From: Gemmatimonadales bacterium
GTDB lineage: Bacteria; Gemmatimonadota; Gemmatimonadetes; Gemmatimonadales; GWC2-71-9
Direction of reading: 5' to 3'
Assembly (NCBI GenBank): GCA_036781225.1
Contig: DAIQBJ010000002.1
Span: forward strand, 1 to 57,305
Length of the DNA stretch: 57,305 nucleotides
The translations under genes were made by a program, and so were the position numbers. Below the pieces are notes generated by a model that saw only the letters and a list, made by a program, of their open reading frames with translations, was not told the origin of the DNA and searched no databases. Below are positions 45,183 to 52,898 of the stretch, piece after piece (position 1 is the first letter of the stretch; the number at the start of each line of letters is the position of its first letter).

Positions 45183-45201
45183 AACCTTACGGCAACCTTA
45201 C
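45183..45201 (-). promoter_or_regulatory. Direct repeat GTAAGGTT-N3-GTAAGGTT upstream of the efflux operon (candidate response-regulator site)
   Basis: On the plus strand, AACCTTAC occurs at 45183-45190 and again at 45194-45201, an 11-bp periodicity. A third degenerate copy AACCTAC lies at 45170-45176. The array sits 8-40 nt upstream of the OMF start codon and overlaps the kinase stop codon. Confidence 0.3.
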
Positions 45202-46460
45202 ACGGCGGCAGGGAAATCGATCTGAACGCGCGTGCCGGTCATGTCCGATGCAACGCCGATCCGGGCGCCGTGTAGATCCGCGATCCACCTCGCGATCGGC
45301 AGGCCAAGTCCGGCGCCCTCTGATTGGCTGCGCGCGTTCTCGCCCCGATAGAACCGCTCGAAGATCCGCGGCAGCTGATCGGCCGGAATCCCGATGCCGC
45401 TGTCGGACACGACCACCGAGCGCCGCCCGTCGCGAGCTGTCACGTCCAGCCGGACGTTACCGCCGGGCGGCGTGTACTTGATGGCGTTGTCGAGTACGAT
45501 GAGCACCAGCCGCTCTACCAGGTCCGCGTCCCCGAGGATCCGCGACTCCTCGAAGGAGCCGACGGTGAGCGACACGCCTTTGCGCTCCGCCAACGCTCGT
45601 GCGGCGGCGACTGCCTGGGACGCGATGTCGTCCAGGTACAGCGATCCGCGCACCACTTTGCGCTCGCCGGCGTCCGCCCGCGCCAGAGTCAGCAGGTCGC
45701 CGACGATTCCTCCCAGCCGTTCGGCTTCACGCCCAATCGCCTGGAAGGCGGCCGCGTCTCGGCCGGCATCGCGGGGCTGTCCCAGCGCGACCTCTGTACG
45801 GGTACGAAGAATCGTGACCGGCGTGCGGAGCTCGTGCGCTGCGTCGGCCATAAAACGCCGCCCCCGCTCCATCGAGAGGGCGATGGGGGTCGTGGACTCG
45901 CGGACCAGGAGATAGCCGCCGCCGGCGACGAGCAACAGCGCGACAAGCGCGGCGGCAGCGAATGTCACGATGAGTGAGCCGTACGCTTCTTCGAGCTCCT
46001 GGCGGTCGGCCACGCTCACTGCGACATATGCGGTCCCGGTGCCACCGGTAAAACGCTCGGCGTGCAGACGCAGCTCGGGCCCGCCCGGCTCGTCGAGATC
46101 CACGTCGGCCGCTCCCTCCAGTGTCGCCTGCCGAGCTGCGCTTTCGATCCAGGCGTCCGCTTGGGGGGGGACGAGCGAATTCCCGGCGGTGTCGAACAGG
46201 TAGAGCGTGCGTTCGGGGATCCGGAGCTCGGCGACGGCATCGGCGACGCCGGCGTGCGCGTGAACGCGCTCCACCTCACGGATCAACGTCGCCTGCATCA
46301 CCGCCGCTGTGGCCGCTCTGAGGGACGCATCGAGCCGCTTCGACATCTGATGTCGCACTGCGGCAAAAATGCCGCCTCCCAGCAGCGCGACGATCAATGT
46401 CAGCACCCCCGTGTACCAGAGCGTCAGCCGCAGTCGCAGGCGATCGAGGGGTTGCGTCAT
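45198..46460 (-). CDS. Sensor histidine kinase (two TM helices, HAMP, HisKA, HATPase_c)
   Basis: It has an H-box FMADAAHELRTPVT, an N-box VLDNAIKYT, a G1 box SDSGIGI and a G2 box GAGLGLPIA. Confidence 0.88.
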   Translation of the reverse strand: MTQPLDRLRLRLTLWYTGVLTLIVALLGGGIFAAVRHQMSKRLDASLRAATAAVMQATLIREVERVHAHAGVADAVAELRIPERTLYLFDTAGNSLVPPQADAWIESAARQATLEGAADVDLDEPGGPELRLHAERFTGGTGTAYVAVSVADRQELEEAYGSLIVTFAAAALVALLLVAGGGYLLVRESTTPIALSMERGRRFMADAAHELRTPVTILRTRTEVALGQPRDAGRDAAAFQAIGREAERLGGIVGDLLTLARADAGERKVVRGSLYLDDIASQAVAAARALAERKGVSLTVGSFEESRILGDADLVERLVLIVLDNAIKYTPPGGNVRLDVTARDGRRSVVVSDSGIGIPADQLPRIFERFYRGENARSQSEGAGLGLPIARWIADLHGARIGVASDMTGTRVQIDFPAAV

Positions 46461-46467
46461 GTGTCGA

Positions 46468-47139
46468 TCAGCCCCCTAATCGGTAACCGGCTCCACGAAC
46501 GGTCGTGATCAGCTTGAGCTCAAAGCCATCATCGATCTTGCCGCGCAGCCGGCGCACCAGCACCTCGAGCACGTTTGCGAACGGATCGTGATTGCTGTCC
46601 CAGATGTGCGCGGTGATCGAGCTGCGATCGATCACCTGGCCGGGATGGCGCAGCAACAACTCGAGCAGCGCGAACTCCTTCGCGGTCAGATCGATGGCGC
46701 GACCGGAGCGCCATACCCGTCGGGAGGCCACGTCAACCTCGAGATCCGCCACGCGCACGACGGCGGGCGCGACGGCGAGCGCGCGGCGACGCGCCAGCGC
46801 ATGCAACCGGGCGACTAATTCCCGGAATGCAAATGGCTTGGTGAGATAATCGTCGGCGCCGACGGCTAGGCCGCGCACACGATCGTCAACTGCGTCGAGA
46901 GCCGTGAGCATGAGCACGGGCACGCTGACGCCGCTGCGTCGTAGTTCCGCACACAATTCGAACCCCGTCCCTCCAGGCAGCCGCACATCGAGAATCACGA
47001 CGTCGTAGTCGCCCGCGAGCGCCTGATCGCGTCCGTCGGAGAAGCTCGGCGCGACAGTGGGATCGATGCGGTGCTCGCGCAACCCGTCACGCAGCAAACC
47101 GGCGAGCTCCGGGTCGTCTTCTACGACCAGCACCCGCAC
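46468..47139 (-). CDS. OmpR/PhoB-family response regulator
   Basis: The receiver domain reads MRVLVVEDDPEL..VVILDVRLPG..LTKPF. The C-terminal winged-helix domain reads LTAKEFALLELLLRHPGQV..TVRGAGYRL. Confidence 0.92.
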   Translation of the reverse strand: MRVLVVEDDPELAGLLRDGLREHRIDPTVAPSFSDGRDQALAGDYDVVILDVRLPGGTGFELCAELRRSGVSVPVLMLTALDAVDDRVRGLAVGADDYLTKPFAFRELVARLHALARRRALAVAPAVVRVADLEVDVASRRVWRSGRAIDLTAKEFALLELLLRHPGQVIDRSSITAHIWDSNHDPFANVLEVLVRRLRGKIDDGFELKLITTVRGAGYRLGG

Positions 47140-47160
47140 GGGACCACCTTTTTTAGAGCC

Positions 47161-48705
47161 TCACTGGCTCGTCACGATCTGCTTGTAGCTGTCCGGATTC
47201 CATTGGGGGCGCGCCGCCGCATTGGCTACGTCGAGACCAAGATAGAATATCAGACGGGCAATGCGCGACTCCTTCTCGGCATCGATCTTGTCCGGCGAGT
47301 CACCCGGACGGTGGTAGTCGGCGTGCGTGCCGCTGAAGAAGAAGAGAATCGGGACACCCTTGCGCGCGAAGTTGTAGTGATCGGACCGGAAGTAGAAGTT
47401 CTCCTGCGGCCAGATGTCATCGATGGCGTGCATATTGAGCTCGGGATGCGCCGCCGCAACCCGATTCAGCGTGGCGCCCAGGTCCGAGTGCTCCTTCCCG
47501 ATTGCCACGATCGTGTCTTTCCAGTTGCGACCGATCATATCGATGTTGAGATCGGCGACGATGTTTTGCATCGGCACCGGCGTATGCTCCGCGAAGTACG
47601 CGCTTCCCCACAGCCCTTTCTCCTCGCCGCTCACGTTCAGGAAAATGAGCGAGCGCTTCGGGCGTGGACTGAGCCGGGCGAACGCTTTCGCCAACTCGAC
47701 AACCGCGACCGTCCCCGAGCCGTCGTCATCGGCGCCGTTGCAAATCGAGTCGGCACCTTGCGCGCGACAACCGCCGCTCCCCCGGGGGCCCGCGACGCCG
47801 ATATGGTCCATGTGGGCGCTGAAGACGATGTACTCGTTCTTGAGCTGCGGGTCACTACCTTCGAGGACGGCGACGACATTGGGCGCGGAGTTGCGCTCCA
47901 CAGACTGAATGCGCGCGTGGACGTGCAGCTGGGCGCCGCCCAAGGATTTCACCGTGAACGTGCTGCCGGATTGCGTCGCAGCGAAATCGGCGCCGAGCCG
48001 CGCGACCAGCGGCTGGAGCGCCGCACCGCGCACCGCGATAAGCAGGGGTGAGCTGACGGGACGGCTGGGATCTCGCAGCCCGGGACGTGTGGTCCTGGCG
48101 ACGAACTGAGACCAGATGGAATCGGACGCCGGGCTTGCCAGCACGATTCCCGCCGGCTTCCAGCCGAGGACGCGTTGCCGCTCGCCGCGGTTGCGGGGGC
48201 CGGTCGCCAGGATGATCATCTTGCCCGCCAGGGCGGCCGTGTCCGCGGGCAGCGCGCCCCCCACCGCCCCGGAGACAAGCACGAGCTCGCCCGCGTAATC
48301 CCCGTTCTCGAACTGATTGTCGCCGAAGACGAAGTCCGTGCCGTACGTAAGCGAGGCATCACCGCCGCCATGCACGAGCACGACCGAGCTCTCGGGCACG
48401 ATCTGCACGCGATCCAGCGAATAGCGCTGTTCGAAGTGCCCGCTGTCGCCGGCCGGCTTTAGCCCGAAACGCCGATACTCACCGGCGATATAGGCTGCGA
48501 CCTTGTCGAGCTCCGGGCTGGGCGTGTCACGCCCGCGCATCGAATCGTCGGCGATGATTCCGATACGCCGCCCGATGTCTGCGGTCGTAATGGACTGCAC
48601 CGCCTTCTGCACGGCCGCGTTCGTGGACGTCTGACCCGCGATCACAGTTGGCAACGGCAGCGACAACGCGACGGAGAGGAGAAGGAGGCGATGCGAATGA
48701 CGCAC
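47161..48705 (-). CDS. M28-family metallopeptidase (aminopeptidase) with PA-like insert
   Basis: A signal peptide is present. The co-catalytic metal ligand blocks are FSAHMDHIG, NGADDDGSGT, SGEEKGLWGS, DMIG and SDHYNF. Confidence 0.85.
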   Translation of the reverse strand: MRHSHRLLLLSVALSLPLPTVIAGQTSTNAAVQKAVQSITTADIGRRIGIIADDSMRGRDTPSPELDKVAAYIAGEYRRFGLKPAGDSGHFEQRYSLDRVQIVPESSVVLVHGGGDASLTYGTDFVFGDNQFENGDYAGELVLVSGAVGGALPADTAALAGKMIILATGPRNRGERQRVLGWKPAGIVLASPASDSIWSQFVARTTRPGLRDPSRPVSSPLLIAVRGAALQPLVARLGADFAATQSGSTFTVKSLGGAQLHVHARIQSVERNSAPNVVAVLEGSDPQLKNEYIVFSAHMDHIGVAGPRGSGGCRAQGADSICNGADDDGSGTVAVVELAKAFARLSPRPKRSLIFLNVSGEEKGLWGSAYFAEHTPVPMQNIVADLNIDMIGRNWKDTIVAIGKEHSDLGATLNRVAAAHPELNMHAIDDIWPQENFYFRSDHYNFARKGVPILFFFSGTHADYHRPGDSPDKIDAEKESRIARLIFYLGLDVANAAARPQWNPDSYKQIVTSQ

Positions 48706-48741
48706 GGTGACCCCAGATAAGGGAAAGGGACCGAAAGCTAA

Positions 48742-48775
48742 CGCGCCCGACCGTCTGAGACTACGATCGGGCGCG
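48742..48775 (-). terminator. Candidate intrinsic terminator after the DUF4384-like gene
   Basis: A 9-bp stem pairs CGCGCCCGA (48742-48750) with TCGGGCGCG (48767-48775) across a 16-nt loop. On the minus strand it is followed by the moderately T-rich TTAGCTTTCGGTCCCTTTCCC. Confidence 0.4.
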
Positions 48776-48794
48776 TCCGGCTTGAGTCTGAGGT

Positions 48795-50156
48795 TCAGGG
48801 CTTGCGGCGCCGGACCTCTGGCTCGTTGCGAGCAGGTGGTGGTGGCGGAGGCGGCGACTCCCTCCGGGGCTCGGCTCGCGGTTGATTCCGCGGTTGCTCG
48901 GTGCGTGGCTCTGCGGGGCGAGGCTCCTCGCGGCGAGGCTCTGCACGTGGCTCCACCCGGCGCGGCTCGTCGCGCCGCGGCTCCGCTCGGGGCTCGACGC
49001 GCTGCGGCTGGTCGCGACGAGTGTCCTCCCGTCGCGGCTCGACGACACGGGGTTCGATCCGCCGCTGATCATCACCGCGGACCGTCGGCTGAATGCGTGG
49101 CTGCTCCAGCTTAGTCGCATCATCGGTCCGGTCGCGCCGCTCCGACCGATCTCCCTTGTTCAGATTATCCCGACGATCAGGGCGGTCCTGACCGCGGCCG
49201 GGCTCGTTATCGCGAGTACTGCGGATGCCGCCATTGTTAACGTCGCGGCCGCGGAGGTCGCTGCCCCTGCGGGTGCCGTTGTCGCCACCGCGTACGTTAG
49301 GCGGAGGAATGATCCCGGCACCGCCGAGGTCGCGTCCGGTTACGCCCCGACGCGTGTTGTCGTTGACCGGGCGCTCGCGCTCGCGAGTGACGAACTCCTC
49401 GCGGTTCGGCCGGCTGTTGCCCCAGTCCTTGAAGATGAAGCGTGGCTGGGGGCGATAGGGCCGCACGAAGACGACGCGATCGCCGCCATAGTAGCGATAT
49501 GGGTAGTACCAGGGATCGTCGTACACGTACATCCGGAAACGCACGCACGACGTGTAATAGGGGTCCCAGTACGAGTAGCTGACGTACGAGTGGCAGTCAT
49601 AGCACAAGAACCGCGGATAGTCATAGTGCCGCTCGACATTATACGACACGACGTCATAGTCCCAGTCGACGTAGCCTTCTGGCACAATACGCTGCGCCAG
49701 ATCGGTCATGGCGACGTACGGATCGCCGCGGACGCGACCGTCCGCGATTACGCGGTAGTCCCAGTGCTCATTGGCCTCGATGTCATCGTACCTGAAGGGA
49801 TCGGCGGACGCGACGGCAAACAGATAGCCGACGCCCGGATAATCATCGATCGAAAAAGCCTCACTGCTCAGCTGGTGGCCGTCGACCTCGAATTCCCTGC
49901 CGCCGCGGGCGAAGTTGTCTTCCCACGGTTCACGAGGAAACAGAACCCGGACACGACCATCCGTATCCACGCGGAAGATGGTGACGTAGGCGTCCTGATC
50001 GAGTTGGAAGTACACGCGGACGCGCTCGCCGCGGGTATAGACGGCGTTGTCGCCGCGGCCCGTGGACAGCTCGATACGGGGTCGGTAAACCGTGGAGTAC
50101 CGGTGGGTTGGAGCCGGTACCAGAGCAAGACCGAGTAGCGCGATGTGACTGAGCAT
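48795..50156 (-). CDS. Secreted protein: DUF4384-like N-terminal domain, Tyr/Cys-rich middle, long Arg/Pro/Glu repeat tail
   Basis: A short leader (MLSHIALLGLALVPAP) is followed by YTRGERVRVYFQLDQDAYVTIFRVDTDGRVRVLFP, which is DUF4384-like. The middle reads RFLCYDCHSYVSYSYWDPYYTSCVRF. The C-terminal roughly 170 aa is low complexity and ends with (V/A)EPR(R) repeats and PPPPPPP. Confidence 0.6.
   Translation of the reverse strand: MLSHIALLGLALVPAPTHRYSTVYRPRIELSTGRGDNAVYTRGERVRVYFQLDQDAYVTIFRVDTDGRVRVLFPREPWEDNFARGGREFEVDGHQLSSEAFSIDDYPGVGYLFAVASADPFRYDDIEANEHWDYRVIADGRVRGDPYVAMTDLAQRIVPEGYVDWDYDVVSYNVERHYDYPRFLCYDCHSYVSYSYWDPYYTSCVRFRMYVYDDPWYYPYRYYGGDRVVFVRPYRPQPRFIFKDWGNSRPNREEFVTRERERPVNDNTRRGVTGRDLGGAGIIPPPNVRGGDNGTRRGSDLRGRDVNNGGIRSTRDNEPGRGQDRPDRRDNLNKGDRSERRDRTDDATKLEQPRIQPTVRGDDQRRIEPRVVEPRREDTRRDQPQRVEPRAEPRRDEPRRVEPRAEPRREEPRPAEPRTEQPRNQPRAEPRRESPPPPPPPARNEPEVRRRKP
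48798..49059 (-). repeat. Imperfect in-frame tandem repeats encoding the EPR-rich tail
   Basis: The translation shows VEPRAEPRRDEPRR followed by VEPRAEPRREEPRP, and then AEPRTEQPRNQPRAEPRR. At the DNA level these are degenerate GGCTCNNCNCG-type repeats. Confidence 0.6.
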
Positions 50157-50213
50157 AGATGCCTCCCGGCCAGCCGTTAGGCAGAGACTGTGCCAAGGCT
50201 AAAATCGACCTAA

Positions 50214-50229
50214 ATTATATTGGTATAAT
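50214..50229. promoter_or_regulatory. Back-to-back -10 elements in the AT-rich divergent region
   Basis: On the plus strand, an extended -10 TGGTATAAT lies at 50221-50229, 52 nt upstream of ATG 50281, and AAGGA lies 7 nt before that ATG. On the minus strand, TATAAT is the reverse complement of 50214-50219, upstream of the gene starting at 50156. Confidence 0.5.
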
Positions 50230-50280
50230 GACTTGCCGGTCAAACAGCCAATTGCTTCTGTCCCCAGGTAAGGACACTTC

Positions 50281-51159
50281 ATGGCGCCGCGGCTAGATCT
50301 GCTCGACCCCGCAGAAGTGGCTCGCCTGGGTGGCATCGAGATCGTCGCCGAGGGTGTGGTGGAGGGATTTCTGGCGGGCGTGCACCGTTCGCCATTCCGC
50401 GGTTTCTCCGTCGAATTCACCGAGCATCGGGCGTACCAGGCCGGCGACGAGCTGCGCTATCTCGATTGGCGCATCCTCGCCCGATCCGACCGCCTGTTTG
50501 TGAAGCAGTTCGAGGAGGAAACCAATTTGCGCGCCATGATTCTCGTCGACGCGAGTCGGTCGATGGCGTGGCGCGGGAACGCCGATCGTCTCACCAAACG
50601 CGCCTACGCCGACCGGCTGGCGGCGGCCCTTGCGCTCATCTTGCTGCGCCAGCGGGACGCGACCGGACTCGTGACGTTCGACGAGCAGGTGCGTCAAGTC
50701 ATTCCCGCGCGCGTGAAGGCCGGTCAATGGACTCGCATCGTGCGCGGGTTGCTCGACACCCCCGATGGCTTGGGTACGGCCGCACATGCCGCACTGCAGC
50801 GCTTGACGGCGTTACTCACGCGGCGGGGGATGGTCGTGCTGCTCTCTGATCTGTTGTTCGACCGCGAGCTCGCGCTGACCGCGCTCCGCTATCTGCGGCA
50901 CCGAGGTCATCAGGTGATCGTCTTTCATCTCATGGATCCGGCGGAGGTCGAGCTCGGCGGCCCTCCCGAGGTGCGATTCCGCGATCCCGAGTCAGCGGTG
51001 AGCGTCGTCGTGCGGCCACGCGAGCTCGCGCGCGCGTATGCGGATACCGTGCGCCGCGAGATCGCCGCATGGAGAACAGCGTGCCGGCGGCGCGGCATTG
51101 CGTACCACCACGTGCAGACCGACCTGCCGTTCGGCATGGCCTTGCGCCTCCTGACGTGA
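50281..51159 (+). CDS. DUF58-family protein (MoxR-associated, vWA-like)
   Basis: The block GVHRSPFRGFSVEFTEHRAYQAGDELRYLDWRILARSDRLFVKQFEEETN is the hallmark DUF58 N-terminal block. Confidence 0.85.
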   Translation: MAPRLDLLDPAEVARLGGIEIVAEGVVEGFLAGVHRSPFRGFSVEFTEHRAYQAGDELRYLDWRILARSDRLFVKQFEEETNLRAMILVDASRSMAWRGNADRLTKRAYADRLAAALALILLRQRDATGLVTFDEQVRQVIPARVKAGQWTRIVRGLLDTPDGLGTAAHAALQRLTALLTRRGMVVLLSDLLFDRELALTALRYLRHRGHQVIVFHLMDPAEVELGGPPEVRFRDPESAVSVVVRPRELARAYADTVRREIAAWRTACRRRGIAYHHVQTDLPFGMALRLLT

Positions 51160-52898
51160 CATTCGTCAATCCGCTGGCATTGCTGGGACTCGCCGCCGCG
51201 GCGATTCCGGCGCTGCTCCATTTGCTGCAGCGTCGAGTTCCGCCGGAGCTCGAGTTTCCCGCCGTGCGGTATCTGACGGTGGCAGAGCGCGAGAGCGCGC
51301 GGCGCCTGAAGCTGCGCCATCTGCTCCTTCTTATTCTGCGGACCATCCTGATCGTCGTGATCGTCCTGGGCGCGGCGCGACCACTCGTACGGATGAAGGG
51401 GGCGGGTGGCGGGGCGCACGAGCCGACGGCCGTTGTGGTCATACTCGATAACTCTCCGTCTTCCGGTGCGGTCGTGGATGGGCGACCGGTTCTCGACCGT
51501 TTGCGGGTCGCCGCGCGCGGCTCGATCGGTCGTACCACTTCCGCCGATCGTGTGTGGCTGATGTTGGCGGATGGAGTGCTCCGCGGCGGGACTCGTGAAG
51601 CACTGCTCGCCAGCGTGGACAGCATCGCCACCGGCTGGCTGCGGCTGGATCTCGTACAGGCCGTCGAGCGCGCCGCGCGTCTGGTCAATGCGCAGCCGCT
51701 TCGGGGACGCGAGGTGCAGGTGCTGAGCGACCTGCAACGGACGGCGCTGGCGGATGGTCGAGCGGACGTGCCGGGTGGCGTGCGCGTGCTGGCGCTCGAA
51801 CCGGGACGAGCGGTCCCCAACCGCGGCATCGCGGACGTGCGCGTGACCGAGGGCGCGGCGATCGTGGATCTCTCCGGCACGGCGGATGCGGCCCTGCAAC
51901 CGGTTCCGGTGACCATCAGAATCGGCGTTGGCCGTCGCGATCGCGCGGAAATCGCGGCGCGCGGGCTGGCCACGCCGGGCTCGGCGGTGACGGTCGCGTT
52001 GCCGGCGCAGTCACTTCCGGCAGGCTGGTGGGTGGGCGAAGCTGCGCTCGAGCCGGACGAGCTGCGCGCCGACGACCGCCGGCCGTTTGCATGGCGGGTC
52101 GCACCACCGGCGCGAGTGACCGCGACCCCGGGAGCGGGGGAGTTTCTGGCGGCGGCCCTGGCGGTGCTGCGCGAAGGCAAGCGTGTAACGAGTGGACCAG
52201 ACGTCGTCTTTACCGGCGGTGAGCCGCTGTCGGGGGTGCAGACCATTACGCAGCCTCCCGCGGATCCCGCGCTCGTCGGGCAGGCGAATCGAGCGCTCGT
52301 GGCGCGCGGTGTTCCGTGGCGCTGGGATCAGACCGGAACGCCGGGCCCCATTGCGGCGCCGAAGATCCCCGTCATCGAGGGCGTCGCAGTGACGCGAAGG
52401 TACCGCCTTGCGGGAGCGGTGAGCGCGGGCCAGGGAGGAGATCAAGTCCTCGCGACCGTCAATGGAGATCCATGGATTGTGCGAACGGGGAACATCGTGC
52501 TGCTGGGAAGCCGGCTCGACACGACCTGGACCGCGTTACCGGCAGCGCCGGGATTCGTGCCGTTCGTCGATGCGCTGGTGAATCGGATTGTCCGCGGTGA
52601 GGCCGACGTCGCTGCCGCGGAGGGCGCGCCGCGCGTCGAGTTCAGCGTGCGCGGAGCGGACACGATTGCTGCAACCGTGTTCGGCCCCGACCCACGAGAA
52701 TCCGATCTCACTCCGGCGCCGGCTGCGCTCGCAGTGACAGCACTAGGCGGTCGGGATCGCACCGAGGTGCTCAGCGATGCCGGATTCGCCGCTGAGCGCT
52801 TCTCCGGCACCCGGCGGGCCGACGGCAGCGGATTGCTACTCGTGCTCGCCCTGTTGTTGGCCGCCACCGAGCTGGGAGTTGCAACCCGCACGCGCTAA
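51156..52898 (+). CDS. BatA-type membrane protein with a vWA-like domain
   Basis: The GTG start overlaps the DUF58 stop (GTGA). The N-terminus is FVNPLALLGLAAAAIPALLHLLQRR (BatA_N-type double TM). A MIDAS-like VVILDNSPSS follows. A C-terminal TM helix reads LLLVLALLLAATELGV. Confidence 0.75.
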   Translation: MTFVNPLALLGLAAAAIPALLHLLQRRVPPELEFPAVRYLTVAERESARRLKLRHLLLLILRTILIVVIVLGAARPLVRMKGAGGGAHEPTAVVVILDNSPSSGAVVDGRPVLDRLRVAARGSIGRTTSADRVWLMLADGVLRGGTREALLASVDSIATGWLRLDLVQAVERAARLVNAQPLRGREVQVLSDLQRTALADGRADVPGGVRVLALEPGRAVPNRGIADVRVTEGAAIVDLSGTADAALQPVPVTIRIGVGRRDRAEIAARGLATPGSAVTVALPAQSLPAGWWVGEAALEPDELRADDRRPFAWRVAPPARVTATPGAGEFLAAALAVLREGKRVTSGPDVVFTGGEPLSGVQTITQPPADPALVGQANRALVARGVPWRWDQTGTPGPIAAPKIPVIEGVAVTRRYRLAGAVSAGQGGDQVLATVNGDPWIVRTGNIVLLGSRLDTTWTALPAAPGFVPFVDALVNRIVRGEADVAAAEGAPRVEFSVRGADTIAATVFGPDPRESDLTPAPAALAVTALGGRDRTEVLSDAGFAAERFSGTRRADGSGLLLVLALLLAATELGVATRTR

